DNA of 37,012 bases from positions 1 through 37,012 of the IMG/VR virus record IMGVR_UViG_3300044266_000304, one strand, 5' to 3'. Shown here piece after piece: positions 16,697 to 25,520 of the stretch (position 1 is its first letter; each line of letters begins with the position of its first letter). Both the position numbers and the translations under genes were made by a program. The DNA is from a virus (Duplodnaviria > Caudoviricetes). The notes under the pieces are model-generated. The model was not told the origin of the DNA. It made no database searches and was given only the letters and a program-made list of their open reading frames with translations.

Positions 16697-17855
16697 ATCT
16701 TAAATTTTTTATGTCTTTTTCTTTACTGTACATTATTCCATTTTCGTGATTTTTTAAGAAATCCCTCATGGTATAGTGTACATTGCTATAACCAAGGTTT
16801 AACACTGAATTAAATTTTATACCTGATTTAAAAATTGGTTTAGGAATTTTGCCACTAACAAACACTACCTTAGTTTTTTCCGATATAGGTGAGTTCAGTT
16901 CATTAAATTTTACAAATTCGTTGAAAGTTGCCTGTGTATTTGATGGTAGCCTGAACATAACACTCATTTCACTATTGGTTATTCCTTGGCTCCTAAAAAA
17001 TTCTGTGCTCAACGACATTTTGTCTAACTCGTCTCCACCGGGAATGATTACCATCACCGGTAACAGGTTCAAAATAATGGTAGAAATTTCAGAAATTTCA
17101 CATCTTCCGCTATCTACTCCAAATTTTTCACCAGGATCTGTTTTCAAGAAAGATCTAGTTAATGTATCTAGTTCGTCACTTTCGATAAAGTTATTGATTG
17201 TTTCGTCCCATGTATATACGCCTCTTTTTCTAGCCTCAAAAATTGCCGAAATGAGGTCGTTTGAGGTCAATTCTGGCATATTTTTATCACAATTTTTAAG
17301 TTTTGGCACCGAATTTTCAATAATTAGCATCGGGACATGATTTTCCATGTCTCGTTGTATGTTTTCAATTTGTTCCTGAAAGTTTTTTATTGATTCATCT
17401 ACTTCAAAGTTATCAAGCGAAGATAAAAATTGGATGGAATTCTCACTTAGACCGAAATACCAGCACTTGTCTTCCTTGTCCCACAAGGACAACGAAAAAT
17501 TATCTCTATTTTTACGAATATTTTCCACCAATTTTTCGTTATAGGGGAAAATAGCCTTTATTACGCGGCCGTGTGCCTGGTGATCCACAATGCTGAGTCG
17601 TTTCTCGTTGCTAATTTTTCTAATAGAGAGGCGAAACTGAGGATTTTGTAGAAAAGGACCTATATCTTTAATAAGGGCTTGGCTTAAGGAGGTACTATAT
17701 CGTTTTACAATACGCAATGCCAGGGTACTTTGTTTTTCTGTGAGGCCACTACCTCGACAAATTTGGTCGTGGAAGCTAAAGACCAGATTTTGGTCATAGG
17801 AGTTTAGACTAATACGGCAAAAAACAAGCTCTGAGACTAGATCTTCAATATACAT
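16683..17855 (-). CDS. Hypothetical protein with HARP-like segment
   Basis: Start revised to MYIEDL. LTEKQ...KRY followed by FPYNEKLVENIRK...WDKEDKCWYF, which resembles the HARP consensus. Confidence 0.55.
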   Translation of the reverse strand: MYIEDLVSELVFCRISLNSYDQNLVFSFHDQICRGSGLTEKQSTLALRIVKRYSTSLSQALIKDIGPFLQNPQFRLSIRKISNEKRLSIVDHQAHGRVIKAIFPYNEKLVENIRKNRDNFSLSLWDKEDKCWYFGLSENSIQFLSSLDNFEVDESIKNFQEQIENIQRDMENHVPMLIIENSVPKLKNCDKNMPELTSNDLISAIFEARKRGVYTWDETINNFIESDELDTLTRSFLKTDPGEKFGVDSGRCEISEISTIILNLLPVMVIIPGGDELDKMSLSTEFFRSQGITNSEMSVMFRLPSNTQATFNEFVKFNELNSPISEKTKVVFVSGKIPKPIFKSGIKFNSVLNLGYSNVHYTMRDFLKNHENGIMYSKEKDIKNLRYGFV

Positions 17856-17861
17856 AGTATT

Positions 17862-17890
17862 ATTATACACTTAAAGTGAGATATCTTCAA
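17862..17890 (-). promoter_or_regulatory. Sigma70-type promoter
   Basis: TTGAAG-17 nt-TATAAT, ending 6 nt before ATG 17855. Confidence 0.65.
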
Positions 17891-18326
17891 GTCCTGCGGT
17901 TCTCAATTTAATGATATTGCTTAGTTGCCACTGTTTTATGTCAAGCCCTTTGATAATTCCGAGCCACTGATTACGGAGCATAGCAAATTCGTTGATAATT
18001 TTTTCCATATCAACAACATCTGCCTCACCTTCGACATATTTTTCACAATCTCGGCTGCTTAGAGCTCGTTGATAATTTTCCAAGTACTTTTTAAAGGCCT
18101 TGGATTTAATCCTGCGTAGTTCTATGTTGAGATATTCTAGAATAGCTTCAATTTCCTGAAGCTGGTTAAATCGATGCTCTACAATACCAGGTAGCAAGGC
18201 AGAAGCCTTTTCCACATTACCGTGGATTTTAACTTCATACCTTGCTTGATCTAGCTCTGTATAAAAATGATCTAAACAACCAGGAAGGTGTGCTATGTCT
18301 TTGCTGACTTTAGCATACCAAGACAT
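17871..18326 (-). CDS. uvsY: Recombination mediator UvsY
   Basis: Helical 151-aa protein with EKYVEGEADV and IKGLDIKQWQLSNIIKLRTAG, located between uvsX and uvsW. Confidence 0.8.
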   Translation of the reverse strand: MSWYAKVSKDIAHLPGCLDHFYTELDQARYEVKIHGNVEKASALLPGIVEHRFNQLQEIEAILEYLNIELRRIKSKAFKKYLENYQRALSSRDCEKYVEGEADVVDMEKIINEFAMLRNQWLGIIKGLDIKQWQLSNIIKLRTAGLEDISL

Positions 18327-18329
18327 GGA

Positions 18330-18578
18330 TTAGTCCTCGTCTTCGTCGTAGCTATAATCGTCTTCGTCAAACTCGTCGTCCTCGACTTCGTCTTCTGTGG
18401 CTAGTGTAATAGCATCGTCTAAATACGAATCGTATCCTATTAGACTTTTTAATACCGAGGCATCGACATCTTTGCCAATTAACATATCGACAAAATGGTT
18501 TGCTGCCGTTTCCTTATTTTTATCTGAAATGTATTCTTTAAAAACATCCCAAATTTCAATGATCAGATCTTCTTCCAT
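18330..18578 (-). CDS. Small acidic hypothetical protein
   Basis: 82-aa ORF with a D/E-rich tail, coupled to uvsX by TAATG. Confidence 0.75.
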   Translation of the reverse strand: MEEDLIIEIWDVFKEYISDKNKETAANHFVDMLIGKDVDASVLKSLIGYDSYLDDAITLATEDEVEDDEFDEDDYSYDEDED

Positions 18579-19633
18579 TATTCTTCCTCTGTAGTTGCAG
18601 GTTCTTCGGTTACAAGTGCGGTAACAGCCGATTCATCCCATTGCTTCATAATTAGCGTGAGCTTGTCTTCTGTCCAGTTCTTTCTGAACTCGGCAATAAT
18701 TTCGCCGCTGTCTTTATCTGTGTAGGCAAGTTTGTTACCTACTTTAGATAATACACCCATCTTCTCGAACATGTCAACTAGGCCGGAAGTCGGAGCCATG
18801 CCAGTTGAGTACGGAATCTTAACCTGCACACTTTCAAATGGTTTGGCATATCGTGTCTTCATGACTTTACAGGCAGCACGGATACCTAATACATCACTTA
18901 CCTTGTTACCATCCTCGTCCTCTTTGAGTTTGAGTTTTTTCATAGCAACAACAATAGAGCTTGCATAGATAAATCCCTGACCACCGGAGATCTTATCATC
19001 TGGATCAAACATATCTTGGCTTGCGTAAGTATGGTTAGTTGCTACCATACCAACATTATAACTGCCAAACATATTAACACAATTGCGAACAAGTGCTGTA
19101 AGAGCTTTAGGTTTACGACCCATATCGCCCTTTAAGTCGCCTGCTTCGAATTGGTTAATATCTGTTGGTGTTAGCAACATACCTAGCGAATCGATTACGA
19201 ACAATACCTTAGGGCGATTTTCCATAATCTTATATTCTTTCATAAACTCGTGAATGGTTTTGGCAACATCGTCGATCATTGCCATATTAAGTTTAAGAAG
19301 TTTTTCTTCGCTGGTATCAACACCAAGTGCTTTGAGCCAATCTTCGTCGAGTGCGTTTTCGCTATCAACTAGGATAACATAAATGCCCTGTTCCTGTGCG
19401 TTGCGAACAAGGTTTCCGGAGCAGATATAACTTTTACCTGCGCCAGATTCCCCTGCAAATACAGTTACCTTACCTAGCGGAACTCCTTTAAAGAAGTCTC
19501 CGCTAATAAGATAGTTAAGAGCATAGTTACCTGTTGATATCCAATCTGTAGGATCGTTAAATCCAACACCTAGTCCGTCAATTGACTTTGTAAGCGTTTT
19601 ACGAAATTTTGAAATATCAAAGGCCTTTGTCAT
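18578..19633 (-). CDS. uvsX: RecA-like recombinase UvsX
   Basis: Walker A GESGAGKS, DSENALD, VIDSLG, NHTY, SGG and KTR. Confidence 0.93.
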   Translation of the reverse strand: MTKAFDISKFRKTLTKSIDGLGVGFNDPTDWISTGNYALNYLISGDFFKGVPLGKVTVFAGESGAGKSYICSGNLVRNAQEQGIYVILVDSENALDEDWLKALGVDTSEEKLLKLNMAMIDDVAKTIHEFMKEYKIMENRPKVLFVIDSLGMLLTPTDINQFEAGDLKGDMGRKPKALTALVRNCVNMFGSYNVGMVATNHTYASQDMFDPDDKISGGQGFIYASSIVVAMKKLKLKEDEDGNKVSDVLGIRAACKVMKTRYAKPFESVQVKIPYSTGMAPTSGLVDMFEKMGVLSKVGNKLAYTDKDSGEIIAEFRKNWTEDKLTLIMKQWDESAVTALVTEEPATTEEE

Positions 19634-19634
19634 C

Positions 19635-19844
19635 TTAGTCGTCCCTTTCCATTTCTGTAGCTTCTTGGACCAGTGCGGCTAATTGTGCCAATTCATTGAC
19701 CATGATTTTTACAGATTTATAGTCACCGCTTTTATCACGACCTCCGATTTCGAACATGAAACCGTTGTCGTACATATTAACAGTGAATGATTCATTTACC
19801 TTGGCGAGTTTATCGCCAATCTTATTGATTGATTTTTTAGCCAT
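19635..19844 (-). CDS. Small hypothetical protein
   Basis: 69-aa ORF with an AGGAG SD, between gp32 and uvsX. Confidence 0.75.
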   Translation of the reverse strand: MAKKSINKIGDKLAKVNESFTVNMYDNGFMFEIGGRDKSGDYKSVKIMVNELAQLAALVQEATEMERDD

Positions 19845-19856
19845 AACAGTCTCCTA

Positions 19857-20843
19857 TTATTGCTTTTGACGGTTACGAATCATTGCGATGATATCTGCGG
19901 CACGACTACCTGCATCACCACCGGCTGCTGGAGCAGGAGTGCTTACTGGTGTAGAAGCCGATGTTTCGAACGGAGGATCTTCTTCATCGGTTGCTTGTGG
20001 AGCAGGTGCGCTTGCGGGTGTAGCCTTTGATGGCGCAGATGCTTGTGTTGTACCACCAGCCATACCAGCAGGCTTGTAATATTGACCCCAACGCTCCATG
20101 TCAAATGCTTCACCATCTACTGATGCTTCGAACATTTCCTTGATAACTTTGAGTTCAACATCGCCTGGCTTCTTAGGCAAAAAGTCTTTAAGATTAAACA
20201 GTCCATGTTGTTGGATTGCGGCGTTTTCTGCCTCGCTCAAAGCACGCTCACGACGAGCCCAAGTAGAAGTGCTATAGTCAGCGTAACCACCCTTGCTAGT
20301 CTTAGCAATCTTAAAATCCAAACCGCGGACAAAGTCTGTTGGCAATTCTTCAATCTCACTATCCATCAATGCGTTCTTAACGATATTGAAAATTTGTGAG
20401 CCGATGATGAATCGACGAATTGGATTTTCTGGTTGCTTGTCTTCTTGTAGTTTACTGTCAACTACAAAGCCTTGGAATAGGTAAGATTTCTTTTTCCAGT
20501 ACTTACGACCCATTTCTTCCAAGCTCTTATCCTTAAACCAAGGACGAACTTCTGTTAGAACTGGGCAAGTTTCACCCCACATTTCCATACAAGGAACTTG
20601 TACAGTTGTAGGTTTGCTGTTGGTTTCGCCTTTAATTCCAGCAAACGGCAATTTGATCATTGCTCGCTCGATCCAGAAGAAAGTGTTGTTTGGATCACCG
20701 TCAGGTAGGAAACGAACCGTTGCGGTCTGTCCTTCTGCGATATTCCAATGGGGGTAAATTGCGTTGTCTCCGCCGGTTCCGCCACCGCCGTTTTGTTGAG
20801 ATGCTTGTTGAAGTTTTGCGCGGATTTCTGCTAAAGTTGCCAT
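19857..20843 (-). CDS. 32: Single-stranded DNA-binding protein (T4 gp32-like)
   Basis: ATVRFLP, C...CPV Zn ligands, GLDFKIAK...GYADYSTS and a flexible acidic C-terminal region. Upstream of uvsX. Confidence 0.9.
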   Translation of the reverse strand: MATLAEIRAKLQQASQQNGGGGTGGDNAIYPHWNIAEGQTATVRFLPDGDPNNTFFWIERAMIKLPFAGIKGETNSKPTTVQVPCMEMWGETCPVLTEVRPWFKDKSLEEMGRKYWKKKSYLFQGFVVDSKLQEDKQPENPIRRFIIGSQIFNIVKNALMDSEIEELPTDFVRGLDFKIAKTSKGGYADYSTSTWARRERALSEAENAAIQQHGLFNLKDFLPKKPGDVELKVIKEMFEASVDGEAFDMERWGQYYKPAGMAGGTTQASAPSKATPASAPAPQATDEEDPPFETSASTPVSTPAPAAGGDAGSRAADIIAMIRNRQKQ

Positions 20844-20898
20844 AATGTTTTTCCTTAATAAATGTTTTTATGTGCCATTTCTTTAAAGCCCACTGACT

Positions 20899-20937
20899 AA
20901 AAAGAAAAAGTGCATAACAATAATGTTACGCACTTTT
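20899..20937 (-). terminator. Hairpin plus U-tract upstream of gene 32
   Basis: AAAAGTGCGTAACA-TTAT-TGTTATGCACTTTT (14 bp with one G-U) followed by TCTTTTT. Confidence 0.65.
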
Positions 20938-20951
20938 ATTTATCATTGCAA
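20923..20951 (-). promoter_or_regulatory. Overlapping sigma70-like and late promoters for gene 32
   Basis: TTGCAA-17 nt-TAACAT, with GATAAATA (20937-20944) inside the spacer. Confidence 0.5.
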
Positions 20952-20975
20952 CCTATATGGCTGCGATAATATGGT

Positions 20976-22868
20976 TTATTTTGCCAATCCGGCTAATCTC
21001 AAAATATCTGTAGTTTCAGGTAAAACCGATTCTCCGGACATAATGTTGCTAGGCGGGACTCCTGTGTCGCCGCCCATACACTCGACTTTTTGTTTAATGT
21101 TACCAACAAGCTCTTTGAGTCTTGCTAATCCATCGTCGCCGACGTTGCCGTGTTTTTGTTCCCATTCTATGGTAAGTTTTTCCATGAATTGTCCAGCAAG
21201 GTGTTCAGCGAATGCGCCTGCCTTGGGACCAAACTTTTCTTCAATTTGTTTTTTGCAGTCAAGGGCTATGCCCTCGCCACCGCGGAAAGGTCCTACATTA
21301 GGATTATCCGCGTTATAAAAACTCTTAACAATCTTAGCTACTTCTTTAACAATGCCTTCGCGGGTTGGCATTACTTTTTCCATACCTTTTTCTTCTTCGT
21401 TCTCTGCGGCAGGCTGCTCTGGTGCAGGGGCAGCAGCATCAGCTGGTGGTGCTTCAGCTGGCGGTTGTTCTCCAGTTCCGCTGATACCTAATGCTACCAA
21501 TATCTCAGGATAGTTTTCCTGTGCCCATAGCTGAAATACTTCCATAGGATCAGTTTTAGGATCTAGTTCTGCGGCAGCTTTAAATTTAGTTTCTAATTCA
21601 TCGCTGTCTAACCCGAACTCGCTGAAAAACTGGAAGGCAGTCTGGCCATCAGGACCTAGTTGTAATTCCTGTGTATCAGCAATTGCTTTTTTTAATTCTT
21701 CTACTTCGTCATCTGTTAATTTGCCTTGTTCAACAGCTTCTGCCCATTGTTCAAATGCTGTTTCGACACTTTCTTTTGTTGAGTGGTTACAGACACAAGG
21801 ATCTTCTTTGCAATCTGGGCAGATATCACTTTCTTCCTCGCTAACATAATCTTCTAGCTCAACTGTATTAGCTTCGCTCATAATTTTGTGTAACAAAGGA
21901 AAGTACCCTGCTAGTTCTTCTTGGAAACTTGTCTGTGTAAATGCCTGTTTATACTGTTCCATAGTAACAGCATCTAATTCCATAATATCGTCGCCCGCGG
22001 TAGGTTGACCGGTCATTTCGGCTACCCATGCTTCGTAGTGATGACGCTTGCCTAATGCTTCCACCTGTGCTTTAAGTTCTTGTAATCGGCCTATGGCTCG
22101 CTCTGTGATTCCGGTTGCATCGTCATGTAAGGTGGAGCGACTAACTTTACGCTGAAATTCTTGTAATTGAGCAATTTGCTCGCTCATTTTAATAATTGCT
22201 TTGCCTGCAGGATCATGAGGAACGCCGCCGTGATCGACGTGCTGTGCCATTGCAAATGCACCTGCTGGATGTACGAAAGGATACTTAAATCTCTCACCGT
22301 CGCTATTTTGAATAAAAATTGCCTTGATGTTCTTGCGCTGACTTCTAGCACCTGGGTACATTTCATCAACCGCACGACTGTGTCTAACAATAACTTCTGT
22401 TTGTCCTTTTACAGCGCGGCTAGTCTTTTTAGTGCTTTTGTGATTCCACATAGATTCGTTCATTGTTTCTGGCATGTCTTGTTCCTTAGGAGCCTGTGTA
22501 GCGGCTAAGTGTTGAAAATCGTTTTTGTCAAGATTTGTTTTGCTAATATCGCGAGTGTCAAATCTTAGCAGCCTACGCATTGCAAAAAAACGCATTTCTT
22601 TTAGAAATTTATACCAACTTTGTTTTGCTGGATCGTCTTGATTTTCTGTAATACCTTGGCTATAGTAAACCTTTAAGCTGCCTAATTCATTTAAACTAAT
22701 ACTAACACGACCTAAGTTATTACCCTCAATAACAAAATCAAAGTCAAAGAAGCGAGCAAGTGCAGGATCGATTGTTACCGCTCCTGTTTCGTCTCCCATT
22801 TCTAGATTTGTGAAACGGCTACGAACTTTGTCGAATAGGTCTTGGCTGATTATTTGAATTGCTTGCAT
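20976..22868 (-). CDS. Large hypothetical late protein, probable internal head/core protein
   Basis: 630 aa with an acidic C-terminal half, many xxE-S/G sites and C-terminal DILRLAGLAK. ACTAAATA lies 7 nt upstream. Confidence 0.6.
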   Translation of the reverse strand: MQAIQIISQDLFDKVRSRFTNLEMGDETGAVTIDPALARFFDFDFVIEGNNLGRVSISLNELGSLKVYYSQGITENQDDPAKQSWYKFLKEMRFFAMRRLLRFDTRDISKTNLDKNDFQHLAATQAPKEQDMPETMNESMWNHKSTKKTSRAVKGQTEVIVRHSRAVDEMYPGARSQRKNIKAIFIQNSDGERFKYPFVHPAGAFAMAQHVDHGGVPHDPAGKAIIKMSEQIAQLQEFQRKVSRSTLHDDATGITERAIGRLQELKAQVEALGKRHHYEAWVAEMTGQPTAGDDIMELDAVTMEQYKQAFTQTSFQEELAGYFPLLHKIMSEANTVELEDYVSEEESDICPDCKEDPCVCNHSTKESVETAFEQWAEAVEQGKLTDDEVEELKKAIADTQELQLGPDGQTAFQFFSEFGLDSDELETKFKAAAELDPKTDPMEVFQLWAQENYPEILVALGISGTGEQPPAEAPPADAAAPAPEQPAAENEEEKGMEKVMPTREGIVKEVAKIVKSFYNADNPNVGPFRGGEGIALDCKKQIEEKFGPKAGAFAEHLAGQFMEKLTIEWEQKHGNVGDDGLARLKELVGNIKQKVECMGGDTGVPPSNIMSGESVLPETTDILRLAGLAK

Positions 22869-22882
22869 AGTCTATTATTTAG

Positions 22883-24469
22883 TTAAAATGAGCTTACATA
22901 CACAGGCATGGGCATGACCCATTCGTCTTCGCGTTCTTCGCGCATTTTATCGTAAACAGCAGGATCCCAGTCTTGTAAGACCATAGCCATACGCACGGCT
23001 AACAACATAGCACTAACTAAGTCATCGTGTTGCCCTACTTTTGCCTCAAAACCTAGTCCTTTAGCAATATATGTTTTAAGTTCAGAAATAAGAGCTTTAC
23101 TGTTTATTTCCATACGATCACTTTCTACAAGATGTTTTAATTTAGCACAAGCAGAAATTTTAGCAGAATGTGTTGTGTAAAATCCTTTACGATAACGACG
23201 TACATGTCCTTTGCGGATTGGTTCGCTTAGAAACAGGCCAGGAATACTTTCTTCACCAATTTCGGTAACAACAACAAGTCCGGCTTCGCCTACTGAGTTA
23301 TTTTCTATGCTGTAGTATAGACTAGGAGTTCCTCCCTTGCGTGTTATCTCGTCGCTAATATGCTGACAAATATCTCGTAAAATTCTTACTTGACCTTGAA
23401 TAGGCGTAAGATTGTGATGCCATTCACCGACTTGTTTAAAACTAGGTATTTCTAAAATCTGTATACCGGCAGGATCTCCTCCTGTACCCAAGCTAGGATC
23501 AAGTGCAACTAAGTAGGTATTTTTAGGATTTATCTTTTTGTACCAACGACATTGTCCCATCTTCATAATTGGTTCAATACCTTCAAGATTTGCCATTTTA
23601 AGGCTGCTGATTAGTGTTTCGTCAAATACCAAGAATTCACATTCGTGTTCTCGTCTAAATCTTTCTTCGCCTACACGACTGCGTTCTTCATTGGCCCATG
23701 CTTCATCTCTATCTGGATGTTCGCTCCATACAGCCATGAAAGGAAAGAATCCGTTTTTACCTAACTCAGTGGTATTGCCGTATTCGTCAATTCTTTTATT
23801 AGCTTCTTTCCATATTAGCGAGAATTGATCTTCGTCACTATTAGGAGTGCTTGTAATAATAGCTTTACCGCCAGTTGCTAGTGTAGGTGATATAGAAGTC
23901 CAGAATTCTGTAGCAATGTTAGGTTCTACGAATGCAAATTCATCTAGGTATAGTAACGATATACTCATACCACGACCTGTTGTTTCTGTAGTTGTCTGTG
24001 CTACAATACGACTTCCGTTTTCAAATTCAATACTTTGTTTGTTGTAACTTACAACACCTGCACGAATTATATCAGGACACATTTCGTAGGCATATCGCAG
24101 GCGTTGCATAATTTCTTGTGCGCCTGTGTACTTGTGTGCGGCAATTAGAATGGTACTATCAGGAACAAACATAGCATACCATAATAAAAATCCAACAGCC
24201 GTAGTGGTCTTACCCATCTGACGACCTAGCATGTTTACACTAAATCTATGATTGTTGTAGCTCTCTAATAGTTTTTCTTGATAGGTGAATGCTTGATACT
24301 GTATTTTTCCCTTAGTAGGATGCTGAATATAGAAAAAATTATTCAAGAAGAAACTAGCGCCAGACTCCTGATCTTGGCACTTGAGTAGGTTTTCTATATC
24401 GTCTTCAGTAAATCGCTGTGTAATATGTGCCGACTTTACCAGCTTGTTGTCAACATTTTTTGATCCCAT
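22883..24469 (-). CDS. 17: Terminase large subunit (gp17)
   Basis: YQ adenine motif, GRQMGKT, LYLDEFAF, TSTPN, FRREHECEF, LDPSLG and HDDLV. Confidence 0.95.
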   Translation of the reverse strand: MGSKNVDNKLVKSAHITQRFTEDDIENLLKCQDQESGASFFLNNFFYIQHPTKGKIQYQAFTYQEKLLESYNNHRFSVNMLGRQMGKTTTAVGFLLWYAMFVPDSTILIAAHKYTGAQEIMQRLRYAYEMCPDIIRAGVVSYNKQSIEFENGSRIVAQTTTETTGRGMSISLLYLDEFAFVEPNIATEFWTSISPTLATGGKAIITSTPNSDEDQFSLIWKEANKRIDEYGNTTELGKNGFFPFMAVWSEHPDRDEAWANEERSRVGEERFRREHECEFLVFDETLISSLKMANLEGIEPIMKMGQCRWYKKINPKNTYLVALDPSLGTGGDPAGIQILEIPSFKQVGEWHHNLTPIQGQVRILRDICQHISDEITRKGGTPSLYYSIENNSVGEAGLVVVTEIGEESIPGLFLSEPIRKGHVRRYRKGFYTTHSAKISACAKLKHLVESDRMEINSKALISELKTYIAKGLGFEAKVGQHDDLVSAMLLAVRMAMVLQDWDPAVYDKMREEREDEWVMPMPVYVSSF

Positions 24470-24483
24470 GTTTATATTTAATG

Positions 24484-24512
24484 AAAAAAATAGCCCCCGA
24501 AGGGGCTATTTT
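24484..24512 (-). terminator. Rho-independent terminator with C(UUCG)G tetraloop
   Basis: Minus strand AAAATAGCCCC-TTCG-GGGGCTATTTTTTT. The UUCG loop is typical of T4-like phages. Confidence 0.9.
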
Positions 24513-24525
24513 GGATAGTATTAAA

Positions 24526-25518
24526 TTACTTTAACCCTGCTAGTTTAAGGATGTCGGCTGTTTCTTCAACACTTTCTTTCTTTGCAGCCTGTGCAGAATC
24601 ACCGCTTTTAGCTTTACGCTGATACGCAGGGATGTTTACAGGATTCTTAGGATCAAGATCCTTTAGACGATCTTCGATTCCTTCGTCCATATCTTCGTCG
24701 TCTGCTGCTTCGTCCATTTCTTCATCTGCAGACTCGCCAATGAACGCTTTGTATTCTTTCATTAGATTTTCAAATGTAGCAGTTGGTAAATTGCTTTGAC
24801 GCTTTTCTCCATTGCTAGTTTCACCGCCGCCTGCCTGATTTTCTTGATTAGCAAATTGATTCGCAGCAAATGGTTCTTTTGGTTCAGCATCAGCAGGACT
24901 GTTGTCGTATTGACCTTCTTCTGCTTTTTTAATGTCGCCTGTACCTTTTCCGTTGATTTTAATTTCTTCTCCGGGTGCTGTATTTTGAACAGCCTGGCCA
25001 TATGCATTGCCTTCGTCTGTCTCTTCTTCATCGTCGGCTGGTTGGTCATCACCGGCATCGTTACCTGTCTCCGGTTTTTCACTATCGTGTTGGAACGGGC
25101 CTAGTTCGCCGCCTTCGTCGTCGCCAGTTTCTGGATTTAGTTTGTCTAGAACGCTACGCATACTGTCTGCGGCAGTTGGCATTGGTTCTGCGGCCATTGC
25201 TCCTACTGAAGCTACAGGTTCTGCTGTAACCATAGCACCTTGAGGCTCTGCACCTAGGTCGTCTGCACCAACTTTTTTCATACCAGCTAGTGTAAGAATT
25301 TGACTCATCATATCAGCAACTTCGTTACCTGAAGCGGCGCTAGCACTAATGTTAAAGTTAGCAGGAACGCTAGGCTTATCTAGTCCTGCTGGACTTATTC
25401 CTGGAATACCGTCCATCATTCCCATAGGACCACATTCTTGAACTTGGCCTTCTTTAACTACATTTGGATTTTTAGCATCTAGTTGAGCTAAACGCTTTAG
25501 TACATCGATCATTTGCAT
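24526..25518 (-). CDS. Acidic low-complexity late protein, probable prohead core/scaffold or internal protein
   Basis: 330 aa, very D/E-rich, with repeated MDE/xxE sites, C-terminal DILKLAGLK and an AAGGA SD. Confidence 0.6.
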   Translation of the reverse strand: MQMIDVLKRLAQLDAKNPNVVKEGQVQECGPMGMMDGIPGISPAGLDKPSVPANFNISASAASGNEVADMMSQILTLAGMKKVGADDLGAEPQGAMVTAEPVASVGAMAAEPMPTAADSMRSVLDKLNPETGDDEGGELGPFQHDSEKPETGNDAGDDQPADDEEETDEGNAYGQAVQNTAPGEEIKINGKGTGDIKKAEEGQYDNSPADAEPKEPFAANQFANQENQAGGGETSNGEKRQSNLPTATFENLMKEYKAFIGESADEEMDEAADDEDMDEGIEDRLKDLDPKNPVNIPAYQRKAKSGDSAQAAKKESVEETADILKLAGLK

Positions 25519-25520
25519 AA

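Noticed and set aside
22883-24469. Intein or intron in terminase, UvsX, UvsW or helicase
   Set aside because: Lengths are ordinary and the motifs are contiguous.
24683-24735. Short tandem repeat as a CRISPR-like or regulatory array
   Set aside because: It is only two imperfect in-frame copies encoding acidic peptide repeats.
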